DNA of 64,000 nucleotides from Octopus sinensis (lineage: Eukaryota). Where the stretch lies: NCBI RefSeq assembly GCF_006345805.1, contig NC_042999.1:173166001-173230000 (forward strand), given 5' to 3'. Of the stretch, positions 49,620 to 62,991 are shown piece by piece (within the stretch, counting starts at the first letter, position 1; each line of letters opens with the position of its first letter). The notes under the pieces are model-generated. The model saw nothing but the letters and a program-made list of their open reading frames with translations, was not told the DNA's origin and made no database searches. Position numbers and translations under genes: made by a program.

Positions 49620-52600
49620 GGAGGTTTAATCTTTTACCCTGACCCTAGAAGGATGCCTCCCAAAGTATATGGTTAGAAGCATTACTTCATCCGTTTTTAA
49701 GCGTGTTGCCGAGTGCAGCCTAGCAGTAGCTACCTCTCCTGACTGCACCTCCACTCTTCCAAATTTTTTTTCCTCTGGTAAGTTAAGACATCCCTTGCCA
49801 GATCGTTTTTTAAGCGACTTGAGCGTTCGACATGATTTCAATTCTCTATGTTGTTGCTGAGTACGTCCTATAAATGTTTTTTTTTCTTTTTTCTTTTAAA
49901 ATATTTTTGGTGGGGGAACACTTTTATGTCCCCTCCCTTTTAATTATTTCTTTGAATCTACTCAACTCCTTCAGGAACACTTTCCTCTTCGCTTTTCATT
50001 TTTAACCTCCTCTGCATAATTCTTCACCTCCATTGCTTCGTCTATTCTCTTCAGACTTTTAACCAGCTCTTCCTCAGACGATAGAAAGTCTGAAGAAGAA
50101 CTCTAGCCTTCGTATTCCATTACGAAGTCACGAACTCACGACATTCCCTCATTAAACAAAAGGAAAGACGTCGAACAATACTGCCGCAAGGCGGCAAAAC
50201 ACACGTGGTCCACATAAAGGCAGCAGTTCAACAGCAATCAACTAGACGACTACCAAACGCTCTCTATTTCATTTTATTGGCCACTGTGGACCCTACACAG
50301 AAGGCACAAACAACGATAGACAATACATGTGGGGACATATAACATAAACGAATGAATAAAATGAATTTACATAATGGATGAAGGTGCAATGGCTACTCGA
50401 AACCTCGCTCTCGAGTAGTACCGTTTAACTATATTTTTCTTCCTTTTTAAACTAATGTTTATAACATTAATTTATCTTACTATATAAAATATGGTGTCAA
50501 TTATTAAAATTCCATCACAGGCGGTAGATAATCGTATCTTACCTCTCGTCCTAGTGGGTTCACATCATTGCTAAAACTTCACTTTAATCTTTTGTAATTT
50601 ATTATGTCTATTAATATAAACTCCATGCCTGGTACCCTTACATCGTCGTCTCCTATAATTCTTATTACCGTTTTCATTTTTGTAATTTTTTTTTTCAATG
50701 GCCGTGTTCGACTAATAGTGCGTTAGATACGCTATATGTTTATAACTGGCCTGTAATGTTTGTCTGTCTGCTTGCGTGTATGTTGGTGTGTATTTAACAA
50801 AAGATTCTGGGCTGCATGTATGTGTTTGTGTATACTTGACTGGGGGTGCTAGTTTATCTGTGTGTGATGGAGATTCTCGGTTGTCTGGGATATTCTTGTA
50901 TTTTTGCCGTAATGGAATATACTGTATGGGGGCTTGTATGTTTCTTCTTCCATTTTGCTTTTCTTTTGAGTTCCTCCTGGCGGGGGAGCTTTTAAAGACC
51001 TTCTTGTTTCTGTTTTGCGCTTTGTGGAATCCTTCATTTATGTTTCCTAAATTGGCCTCTTCCCTATTTTCCTTTAATTCCTCGCCTCTTATTTTCTTCT
51101 TGCTTCTCCTCTACTGGTATCTGACTATTCGCCTTTATGTGTCTCTTTTTTTCTGCAGTGGTAGCAGGTGGAAGGTCCTCCATCCACCACCACTTGCAAC
51201 TTCACAGCAGGAAAGCGCACTTCCACTGTACCAAACTTTCTTCATCTGCAGTAAAATTCAATGTCACTTCTTATATCTTCTAAGTACTCTTTTACAGCTT
51301 CCTCGCTAGCCATTTCTATTTTCTTGCTTCTCAGTGATAGGGTTCTATAAACCACCATTTCCCCCTTTTTACTTGTATCTTCCGGCGAGGTCAGTTTTAA
51401 ACTTGACCCCTCTCTTTAGATTAATTTTTTGCTGCTTCTTACTATTTCAAAATCGACAGGTACTTCCCTGACTTTCAGTTGGTTCACAGTAGCTGCTGCA
51501 TTTTCTCTGCCTGCTACTGAAGCGTAGCTCCCGCCACGTGTTTGCAACACTTCCATTGCTTAATACTATTCTCTCCTCCACTGGGGAGAAAACAAAACAA
51601 AAGCAAACAATACAACAAAGGTTCAACAATTTCAACAATAGGCCACGTCGCTAGGGAGGACCTTTAACAAAGGACAACATAATAATTTAACACGGGACTA
51701 CCAAAACGCTCTCTATTTCTTCATTAAGCACTCAGGTTCATACACGGAGGGGACAGACAGAAATTAACAATGGGGACAAAAATATAAAAAGAATGAAAAA
51801 TGAATGATGTATAGTATAAATGATGGTGGAATGGCTGCATTGAACCCCACTCTCAAGCAGTACCATTTAACAGTTAAACTATAAACTAAATCTTTCTTAC
51901 ACTGTCTTTTTTCTTTTAGCATCGCTTTTTTTCTTTTTTCTCCTTTTTTCCCTTGGAAAAGTCTATTATTTCTCTTTTTCTCTCCTTTTTACTTGGGAAA
52001 GTCTATTTTTCTCTTTAAATTATTATTATTTTTTTTACTTACTTTACTCTTTTTAACAGTTCATAAAGGGTTTCAAATCTTCAAACTCCACGACCGGTGG
52101 CAATTCGTCAAATTTGACTTTTACCCCAAACGGGTCTATACCATTTCCGAACAGTTCTTCAATTTGTCATATCTATCCTTGTCAATAATTATTCCTTTGG
52201 TTTCTTCTGAATATTTCCCGGTGGTAACCTTACTCTTGTAACTGATTTAAACTTCGCAATCTTCCGCTCGATTGCCATACTTTTGGCATATGTGACAATA
52301 TGCTCCTTTTTTTTGTTTTTTCTGTTTTAACATCCCTTTGCTTCAGCGACAGATCTGGGCTGTCCGCACGAGTCGTTCTACTTGATTCTTCTCTTAGTCC
52401 ACAAAAATAAGCTTCAATGTCTAAGTCTTCCACATCGTAAGTGCTGATGTTTCTGCTTCCACTCTACGTTCCATTGTTGATTCTGCTGGTGTCTCGCACC
52501 TATTCTTGTCCTCCTCTATCTCAATCCCCTTCATCCTCTTCTAACTCTCCGGCGGAGAGGTCACCAGTTCTTTCCTCTTCCTCCTATTTACGACAGTGAA

Positions 52601-53060
52601 TGATTCCTCAACTCTATCTTTCTCTCTTTCCGGTATTTCCATTTCGGCAATGTTTTTCCCTTTTCTGCTCATCTTCGTTTTCTTTCTGGAGGCACCATGC
52701 TTTTAAGTGTCCCTTTTTACTTCATCCTCTATTCTGTGCATCACTGCTGCCACTAGCCATACTTCATTAATCTCGGGGTGTACTCTGCCAATTCTTACTC
52801 TGGCGACGCGTTTGACACAGTAAGTCGGCAGAAGTACCCATTCCGCTGTTCTTTTCGGCTCAGTGGCGTGATTTATCGCGTCTTCTTTGCTAAATCCTAC
52901 TTCCACTGTGCCGTATTTCTTTCAACGCGTATAAAATGTGGTAAGCCGCTTTATTTCCTTGAAGCACTCCTGTATTGTCTCTATTAAGGCAGCCTCTATC
53001 TTTCTAGAGGACGTAGATAACGTTCTGTACACCATTGTCCACTTTGCCACATTGTTCGTC
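49620..53060 (-). mobile_element. Three head-to-tail diverged units of a gag-like ORF1-only (HAL1-like) retroelement family
   Basis: Homologous peptides VYRTLS..S.KIE / IYRTYSAT and VEV.F; zinc knuckle CHICQKYGNRAEDC (52256-52297); shared ~180-250-bp block at 50248-50430 and 51696-51870. Confidence 0.6.
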
Positions 53061-54969
53061 AAATCTTGCGGTGAAGACAATAATAATATGTTATGGCGAA
53101 AATGTGGATAATCTTTTACTTCTAGAATGTATGTATGTATGTATGTATATGTGCAAATTGTATGTTTTGTTTTATGCATGTATTCTCATGCATATAGTTA
53201 CAGGTCTAGACATGTTCATATATACTTAAAGGATAAACGTCTGGAAAGTCTTACAGATTTTTTACAACTCCAGTGATGGATTGGATCTGTAGTCTTCGAA
53301 TCAGCTTTCTCCTTTCTGGTTTTCAGAAGCCCAATTCCTCGAGATTGGTATCTAGACAGTGTTATATATCCTAATACCCCAATAATTACAGGTATAAACA
53401 TGAACTTATACTTTGGATAGAGTAGTTGTAGATCCCTAAGTAGATCCTTCAGCGTAGGAACTTTTCATACATATATACATACGTACATGTATTATGTATA
53501 TAAATATTGAAGAGGCCTATATCTGGTTAAACTTCAAAGTCACCTTCAACGTATGGCATCCAGATAAAAAGAAAATTTCAGAGAACTTTTATTTAGTTAG
53601 ATAATGTGGATTCATTCATACATCCCTGCCTTAGCTGCACCATTATAATGTCCTTGACCCCCTACTAACATAAAAGAGAAAGCTATTTTAAAACACCGTT
53701 TCTTGTAACATGTTTGTAATCTCATAAACGCTTTTCTCTCAACAATCTTCAAATGATTTCTTATCTCTCTTGATTCTTAAAATCTGAATCTTTGTTTCGA
53801 ATTGAAAAATGTGATAAATGTTGTCTTTTTGACATATACAGAATCAGGTATTGCATCAAATTTTACTGAACAGCATTTGATCTTTGATCTGTCAGAGAGT
53901 GTGTGTTCCTAAACAAGACAGGAGAAGCAGAAATAAACGCTGTGAATCAACTGAAAAATTATGTGCATGCAATATTTCCCCATTTTCCGCGCTTTTTTTC
54001 TCTTCCTGGTGTGCGTTTCAAACGCAGGGTGCCAGTGAGACAAAAGGTCAATCAATTTGAAAATATCATCATTGTGATAATCATTGATGAGATAGGATCT
54101 ACAAATATTAGTCCATCTAGACTCGCCTGCTACCATCTTTTTATATAATCTGTTTCATGCTTGTGCTTTAATGAATTCTGTTTTTATGCTTTCCTTATGA
54201 AAAGCGGTCGAGTTCAGAAATGCAAATACTTTTTCTTTTTTTTTCTCCATCAGGCTATACATTCTATGTTGTAAAAGCTAATGCATTTTCACTTTCACAT
54301 TTACATCAGCGATATCGGGCCTGTATATTCTATCTGTTTTATGTTCACATTGGCCAAATGTGACCTCTCACACCTTCCCTACAATGTCAATCTAAAAATA
54401 AACAACAATTTTATAAACATTACAAAGCTAAAAGATAATGTGCGTTTAACTCAAAACAATGTGGATTTATAAGCATTACACTTAACAGAGAAATGGGTCA
54501 GTGTTATCGCGACTTTTCCAAAGATACTATGAAGTAAGCTTGCTTGCTTCGTTACACTAACGAATCACTTCCTGACATCTCGCCATTTTGAGTGCGTGAA
54601 AATTTATCAGCAATAAATATTTGCTATTCTCGGTCGCTTAGACATGTTTTTCAAATCAGAATATGCTCTTTATGTTTATGCACTTCTTTGTATGAAGGGT
54701 TCTACTTGATTTCAGCCTTCGTATTGTTTATGAACTATTGTAATAACTTACTTTAAAAATATGAGCCTTTTATTTGGATAATAGATTTAGTCTGAGATCT
54801 CTCACTCAGTATCCTTTTAGTTTGTGTTTGTCCATCTGGATCAACATGAAATGATAAATGTTCATCTATTTTTCTCAGTAGATGAAGTATTGTCCAATCA
54901 ACATTTGGTACTTGAACGACTTAAAATACTCAACGAAAAACATGCCCAATTTTACTTCGTTTTCGAGAC

Positions 54970-55700
54970 ACCATTATTTATAGTAATCATTGGTCTTTAG
55001 CCTAACAGAATTAGCTTTCTGATTCGTCCCATCCAGGATATTATTCTCAAGAACTACAGCATTGGAAAATAGAGGCAAATGTGGCAATGTCGGAACATTG
55101 AGGTATATACTTCCCAATTGCCCACTAGGTTTGGACCATAGATAGACATGGCAATATAGCCAAGTACTAAGACTGATGCAGTAACTGTATGAGTGTGACA
55201 AGTAAATTAACAACGGCAAAATATTACAGGAAATGGAGAATGGGAAGATACACTCCTGCAGCGATAGTGAACGCTGGAAGCCAGTCACTGTAAAGAAGAA
55301 TAGTCCAGTATAGAAGAGAGTTGTAGAAGGTCTCTGTCTAGAATTGATGGTAAATATCATTCGACTCTTTTCGTCACCAAAGTACGTGACCTCGTCGTAA
55401 GGTGCAAAGAAAGAATTGCACTAAAGATTGTACATCTAACAATTCTCAGGGAAGAGAATATTGAAGACACTTTCCTGAAGGAAGATAAAAAGTGCAGTGA
55501 GCTGTTTGTATTCTGTAAAAACAATATATGGGGGACAATGTGTCTTGCCGTAGAGACAAGTGTTAGAGGATTCCATGGAACTAGTATTGACTGGATGCTC
55601 AGTAGCCTTGGAGTAACTGCGAAAGAGAGAAAAGATGTTGACAGAATATTCTCGAGTCAGACGTAACTGAAAATCCAGAAAATTACACCCGACTCATGAG
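54970..55700 (+). mobile_element. HERO-like RLE non-LTR retrotransposon 3' fragment, decayed
   Basis: GKCGNVGTLRYILPNCP...TWQYSQVLR (cf. HILS.CP...RYTWRHNQVL), RDLVV, LTI..EENIE, AVE..VRGF. Confidence 0.7.
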
Positions 55701-55819
55701 TGACGATGAGTGGCGATGCAAGATCGAGCATGATACAGATAACTGACCAGATTTGCAGCAAAACCCAAAACTCAACAAAACTCGTACTGTTGTGTGGGGC
55801 TTTTCTTGCCTACATTAGT

Positions 55820-55980
55820 GAGTGGCCTTAGACGACCTTTGTGCCACCACAGAGGAGGCAAAAACATATACAGAGCTATTTCACCGTCTGATGACATCTA
55901 ATTCTGCTTTCGAGGATGGAGTACAGCAACACCTTCAGCATACAAGTGAAAACGCTAAAATGCTTCCTTACGTAAACTCT
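55820..55980 (+). mobile_element. Possible hAT/ZMYM-type transposase fragment
   Basis: FHRLM...FEDGVQQHLQHTSENAK resembles F..L...D..L..HL.....NA.Y; short and unsupported by other motifs. Confidence 0.35.
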
Positions 55981-58099
55981 TTCCTGAAAAAATTGCTGTC
56001 ACTTCCATATACACCGCATATCGCTATTTGCAACTCATCGTTACCCTCCTTTGTACTGCTTTAGCTGCCAAAACTCTCTTACTGCCATTTTACTTAATTC
56101 TATTTAGATTATTTTCCTCTCATTTACATCATATTTATATCATATTTAATGTATACTGCTTTATTTCACCTCCACTATTTTCATTTTGTTACATTTCCTA
56201 TCCCTTTTTAATCAATTTTGATTTACATTTTATAACTTTTTAATATTCTATATTTATATGAAGTTACAATGCATTTATCACATTTTGTCATATATTTTCA
56301 GAAAAGAAACTACAATATATCATTTATATAATATATATATATATATATATCTATATATATATATATATATCTATATATATATATATATCTATATATATAT
56401 AATATATATATATATATCTATATATATATACATCTATATATATATATATATATCTATATATATATATATATCTATATATATATAATGCCATTTATCATTC
56501 ATCAGCTTCTACCATTTATTATTTTCTCTTTACCCATTCAGCTCAATCATTGCTTTCATCCCTCCAATGCAGCATATTATTCTTCAAATATTTTTTAAGT
56601 TTCTTTCTCACAAACCTTTTACATACAAACAGATTTTAGTTATTCCCTAACTGTACGTCAGTGCAATAAATAAGTATGTGTATAAATAAATGTGTGACTA
56701 TGTATGAGTACATGCATGTGTGCGTACTTATGCGCGTGGTGCATATGCATATATATTAACGCGTTTTTTTTGTGTAACTAACAACGTGTCAAAATGCAAA
56801 ATACAAGGATCAAGAAAATATTTAAACTTTTCTACAGCGAGCGTAAGGATACGAGCGTGCGCCAACATGTGCAGAAAATGTATATAAATGCGTATATTTC
56901 TGTATATAAATGCGTATATAAATGTGCGTGTATGTGTGTGATCATGCGAATACTTAGGTACAAGTCTGGGTAAATGAATTCACACACAAATGAGTATGAG
57001 ATGAGAATGAAAAAAATCCTAATAATGCCGCAGCAAAATTATTTCCTATCTGATCTGCTAATTGACATTAAACTGGTCGTTCAGACAGTGAATGACTTCT
57101 ATCGTCTTTACTCTACTTGACAGCAAATCTATACAAATGTTACTTGGTACAACAATGAACTCCTGTGTATATGAATGTATTGCTGTCTGCGTTTATTATC
57201 TATTCCACATTTGCTCATAAATTTATTTATATGTCGATTCATCAGTACATCTGTAGTCCTCTTTAATTGATATAATCATATATTGCATCGACGACTTGCA
57301 CTCCATACTTCACATCTTCTTTTATAATATTACACAATAAATACAAGAATATTGCGACTCTCCAACGCATACACACAGCATCCCATCAGGATCCAGTTTT
57401 ATACCGAACTAGTTTCATATTTCTCGGTGTTTCCTCATTTATATTTCCTTGAAATATGAAATAACATCTTTTCCCTAAGCGGAAATGTAAACAAAACCGG
57501 ATTTTAGTAAACGCAATTTTTAATCCACAGCATGATATATTTGTCATAAGCACATGGTATAGCTTTCAACTTAACAATCATACACATACTCCCTGTTTTC
57601 CTCGTAATATATTTGCACTTATTTTGGTTTTCGCTATTTTAACGTTGTGAATCTTTCATTTTTACAAATAATTAATAAAAACGATGTTTATAGAAATGTA
57701 TTTATGTCTAAATTGGAATGACGAAATAATTAAATTTAGGACCAGCTCCAAAAAAGAGCAAGTAGCTGAGATCTTAATGCTTTAATAAATAGCGAACTGC
57801 ATCTAGAAGCGGAGAAGGAAGTGGTTGTAAGATGGCAAAAGAAGCCATTTTCTTCAAATTTGAAGATATTGTCGCAATAGCAGTGATCAGAATTATTCGA
57901 GTTAATTAAGTCATAAGAAATTTACTTCTAGGAAAACGAAATTATGATGACGAAGACGACGGTGGAAGCGACGTTGAGGACAACAACGATGATGATGTTG
58001 AAGATGTGGATGAGTATGATGATGGCAGATGTAGATTACTGTCTATGGTGGAGGTGGTGACGAAGACATTTGTATCAGAAGACATTTGCAACCACCAAT

Positions 58100-58560
58100 A
58101 GAAGAGAATATGACCAAGAACTGCGTGTACTCCATCCCATGCAGCTGTGGTAACTTATACAAAGGCGAAACATGCCGGCCCCTCAAAATAAGGGTAGAGG
58201 AACATCGCAAAGCTGTGACACTAGGAGATATTGATTAATAGGGTATAGCTGATCATGTATGGAAAAATGGAGACCACCTCCACTGTGGGATGATGTTAAA
58301 ATAATAGACAGAGAACACCACTGGAATATACGAAAACTAAAAGAAGCAGCCTATATTCTAGGACACAACAACCTCCTAAGCAAACAAAGTGCAGATATGA
58401 ATAGCATATGGGAACCTGTATTAGATTTATAAGCCCTAAAATTCACTCCATAATTGACCGCGGGCATGCGACCTAGTGGTTAAGAGCGCGGGCTACAAAC
58501 CCAAGCTTTTGTGTTCGATCCCAGGCAGTGATAATAATAATCACATCGAAAAATACCTTT
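58100..58560 (+). mobile_element. 3' end of the same PLE family as 22590-24260: GIY-YIG, tRNA-like head, truncated before the hammerhead
   Basis: NCVYSIPCSCGNLYKGETCRPLKIRVEEH...IADHVW...WEPVL; then AGTGGTTAAGAGCGCGGGCTAC...GTGTTCGATCCCAGGCAGTG-AATAAT-CATCGAAAAATACC. Confidence 0.85.
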
Positions 58561-61500
58561 GCTGTCAAATTCCTTTGCAGGTATATTTTTATCAGTGGGA
58601 ACACTTACATCTATTACTCTACAATTATATCTGGTCGATTAGCCTAGATCGTTCTGTCAGTGTTGACTGGAAAATTCCGCAGAATAGTGACATTTTTACC
58701 TTCAACGCCTGGATTAGGGTGATGTTCATACCTGTAAGCAAGAGTGCTAATTTTGTAGTGTTTAAATATTTTCCAATATAAGTATTGTCCTACCCTATCG
58801 AGACGAGACGATCTATTGTTTCATCAAATTCATTGCAGAATCCGCATTTGCAGACAGAGCCGCTTTGGAGAACTTTAGCCTGGTAGTTTTTGGTAAGGAA
58901 GCTTGTGTGCCAATATGAAACCTTCGGTCTCTGCTTGCAGTCCTGAACTTCTCAACCACTGATGGGCTGTTACTTGGTCTACATCAGAATTTCCGCAAAC
59001 GAAAAATATACTGTCCATACAGAGGCTTCTGGCTCCATCGCTCCTCAATTTTTTCTGCCCGTTCTTTTTTTATCCGTTTTGGTCTTTTCGTGGCAGTGGT
59101 TTCAGTTCATCTAATTCTGGGTTAATGCTAAGTTCCCTTACAAATCTGTAAGCTTCCTTGGTAGTAAAATGTGACTCTTTGCTGCCTTCGTGTTTGCACA
59201 CAAGTCCAGCATCTTCTCCTCTGTAAAAGATAAGTACTTTTTCATTGCTATTGTGGAGGTCTTATAGCACAGTTCTACCTGCATAATTTCATTTCCTCAT
59301 TACTTATGGGTAGGTACAGACGATCAACGTCTGCGTTGTTGCTATTTTCATTTGGTCTGCCATGGAATAGATGAGGTTATTTAAGGTTGTTAGACCATTT
59401 CCCTTAGTCCTTAAAATCTGTCTAAGAGCAATATTATATATCATGGTTATGTTGAGGTAGGTCTATTTTCTCCTCTTTTTCTGTATATCCTATTCTTCGC
59501 TGTTCTTTCTTCAGCTTCCTCGTTGGGATGTACTGCTCGTATACTGGGGTCTGCGGATCTGTTACCTATTCCATCTGCATTGTTGCTGTTTTCATTTGGT
59601 CTACCATGGGACATTTGTGTCCTAATTAGGCAAATTTCAGCGTCAGTTAGCCTTTTATTCTCAACAATGTCTCTACATAAATTAATTTATTTGCGTCTAT
59701 ATGTTTGCGTACTTCATTACCTACTAAGTTTTTCCATGAAGTATAAGTTTATACAATGCAGTTAGTGCTTGGGTTTAATTCTGGTTGTATAGAGAGCTTT
59801 CAGCACATCTCTATAATCCTCTCTAGTCCATTTTATGCGTTTTGCTGTAGATGGTGTTTTTTTGGTGGTGTTACTACATGTCTAGGGTTAGGGTTATCCT
59901 GGTTTGGGTCACCAGGTGGTTCGTGTCTGTTTTTTCTTTAGAGTTTGTTTCAGCCGCAGACTTTTCGACCAAGTTTCGTTCCCCACTTGGTAACGCGGCA
60001 TGAGTTTGGGCTTATCATTAACACATTGACAGTAATAATAGGAGACGGGTCTGTTTGTTCAAGGTTGATATTTTGACACGACACCTCTTCCCTGCTCTTT
60101 GAAAATCACCTCTGTTTTTTTTTGTTGTTGCTGCTATATTTCCAGTATAACTGTTTAGTGATGTTTTAAGCTGAGAAGCCTATTTGCTCCTTTTTCTATT
60201 TCTTTGTGGGAAGCTGCTTTCTTTTTGTTTGGTACGGTGTCTTTCGTGACACGTGTTTTTCTTTTATTTTGTGTGTGTGTACATGTATGTCGTGTAGACA
60301 TTATTTATGTTGCTTATAAATATTAGCATGTGTGCATGGATACATGGACAGTTGCATGTTAAGGTTATTATTCAATTTACATACTAACTGTGTAATTATT
60401 GTGTTTATCCAGGATTCATGGTGCTGATTTCAACGTCTTGCATATGTTACATTGTGATATCACGCATTTAAGAAAGAAACTACACTGTAAGTAGCAAAAA
60501 TATGTCTGATTTTTTTAGGTACTTTGCTTTAACAGGACTTTTTCCATAACTCTATGGTGAAATTTTCCTTCCATTGCACCAATGTTATTGGATTAAGTTT
60601 GTTTTGTGGAGAGATGTACTTAGAGTACGTCTATGTTATTCTTGTTGTTATTCATAAACGCATAGCAGATTAGACAGTTGGAAGAGAAAAATTCTAAAAT
60701 CGGACTACAGCAAATAACCTTAGATACCAAGAACTCTCCTAACTATCATAGCAGTCCCTAATAACTCTGTTTTCTGGAGCTGTACTAAACTGGGTTTTGT
60801 GCCTATTTCCTCTCAAATATTTAGGGATATTCCTGACGCACCTATAACTACTGGGATACATTTTACCCGAACTTTTCATATTCTCTGTAATTCAATTGTT
60901 AGGTCCAGGTACTTTGCTATTTTTTTCTATACTTCTCATATTTATGTTTTCCTCATCTAGGACTGTAAAGTCAATTATCTGGCACTTTTATTCTCTTTAT
61001 TTACTACTACTAAATCAGGCCTTCTACGTTCTACTAGACTGTGGGTCTACATTTTAAAGTCCTACACTATTTTATAATTCTAACTTCCTAGTACTCTACT
61101 AGGTTCATGTTTATATCAATTATCAATATATTCAAAGCCTCGCTTTCTACATAACTCCCGGTGGAATACTCTCCCTAGATTGTCGTCTTTTTTTGTATTC
61201 TTTATGCGCCAGCATGCTACATTCACTTACTATATGAGTAACGCTTTCCTATTTTGATTTGCATAGGTTACATTAGGAATCTACATGGATTTTATCCAAT
61301 TAGTCCTAAATAATCTTTGTTTCCCTTTCCAGTCTTCATTTCTGCAACCATAACCGTGTCTCACTATTATTATTTGCTGCAACTATCTTTAGGAATCTAC
61401 CATGCTAATCGTTCTTTTGCCAGTCAGGTAACTTCTGTTCTTTTTTCTGGTTTTTAACTTCTTTTGGGTTTGGGATTTTGGGTTTCCGATGCCTTACTGT

Positions 61501-62985
61501 GACTCTGGCAGCTTTTAATAAACCTTCTCTACCATTACCTACATAGGAGTCGATATTTACTCTAACTCCACTCAGGCTTCTACTGATATTAGCCATTTTC
61601 CTCATTCTTTACTAGATAAGTATAATCTTCTTACACCTACCTTTGATGGAGTCCTCCATTTATATTGAGTTCCTTCCTAATTCTTCTGTCTAGCTTTGAT
61701 AATTCAGTTTTTGTCCTATCTACAAAAGCTGCTGAATATTTAAGTAATGATACTGCCCACGTATTTACAGCCCTCACTAGATTTGGACCGTTTAGCTTTG
61801 ACTTCATTAGCTTCCTCATCCTTCAGATGTACGCCTTCTCAATTTTCGTTTACATTTCTATAGTTAGTACTCTGTCAGATTCTAATACTCCTAGATACTT
61901 ATAACCCTTTCATTTTAATGATTTTAATATCTCGCTATCTGGTAATGGGATGCCTTCACTGTTGACTACCTGTCCTTTTCTAATATTGCATACTTATCTA
62001 TGCCTATATCTTTGCTGAGAAGTCTTACGTTTATATTAAGGAATCTATCTCTTATTCATTCTCACTAAAAAGGTTCAGATCATCCAGATACAGCAAATAA
62101 TTACTTTTTCCATTACTATTTCTGAACTAATACACTGCCTTAGCTTTCCTTAATACTAAACAGAGGTTATCAAACATAAGAGGGGACAACGAATCCTCCT
62201 GGAAAATTGCTCCTTTGATATTTACTTTCCATAAGAGTATGTCAGCTGAGCAGAGTTCTACTATCTATTTCTTCATGCTACAGCTAATTATTTCTCTTAT
62301 GTTATCTGCTATACTGAATATACTCAAACATTCACTTATCCATGGTGTGAGATCATATCATATGCTTCATATAATCTATCGATCCTATTGTTAGATTTTT
62401 CTTTCTAGCTTTTACTTTATTTAGAACTGCTTTGTCTATGTATGATAGACCATGCGTGTCTCTAAACTTCTTCCTGCAACATTTGTGTTCTGGCAGTAAA
62501 TTCTGGTTGTCAGGGGCTCGAAAACTTTTTCTGAATGTATTCCTATTAACAGTTCTCTACACGAAAGCTAAGCAAGTGATTGGTCTATAGTTGCTAGAAG
62601 AATTACACTTGATTTTATCTTGCATGAGTGTTGTCCTCTGTTTAGTCATACAATCTCGCAGTATTCCTTCATTAAAACATTCCTGAAGTTGTTCCCTCAT
62701 CCTTCCAAGTAAACTACTGAAATCCTTTCGCCATTACCCTTGAACTAAATCTGATCCTGTGTCCTTCAAATTCAGCATTCCCCTAACACTTTACTCATTA
62801 ATGCACAAGTTAATCTTAGATCTGGCTGCTTCTCACCCATTACTTCTTCCCTCACTTTCTTTAACGATAGTGCATCTCCATAATAATTGACTAGTATATG
62901 CCAAATATTACTCCAGAAGTTCTTCTGCCTTAGGTCTCTCATCTTCAGTACTTCGTTCTCCACTATTCATTTGGTTATAAAATCT
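58560..62985 (-). mobile_element. Mosaic of decayed R4/Dong-type fragments
   Basis: ILRNFPVNTDRTI*ANRPDII (RLE); NLVRAVNTWAVSLLKYS; FWSNIW; YRPITC; FQEDSLS; AVSG*SEPF (degenerate YMDDLKLF region). Confidence 0.7.
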
Positions 62986-62991
62986 ACTCTG

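Noticed and set aside
50240-50260. TGGTAGTC as an LTR primer-binding site
   Set aside because: The preceding block does not end in CA and the two copies diverge right after the motif; no convincing tRNA 3'-end complement
50360-50420. Resemblance to U1 snRNA (GCGAGG.TT...CCATTGCAC on the minus strand)
   Set aside because: Short match, not kept in the second copy (CCATTCCAC), and no other U1 segments nearby
53890-54150. Possible host exon after TCTGTCAG
   Set aside because: No recognisable protein similarity, no clear donor site and no partner exons
57940-58080. Acidic (GAT/GAC-rich) coding-like stretch
   Set aside because: Degenerate trinucleotide low-complexity sequence without a supporting ORF
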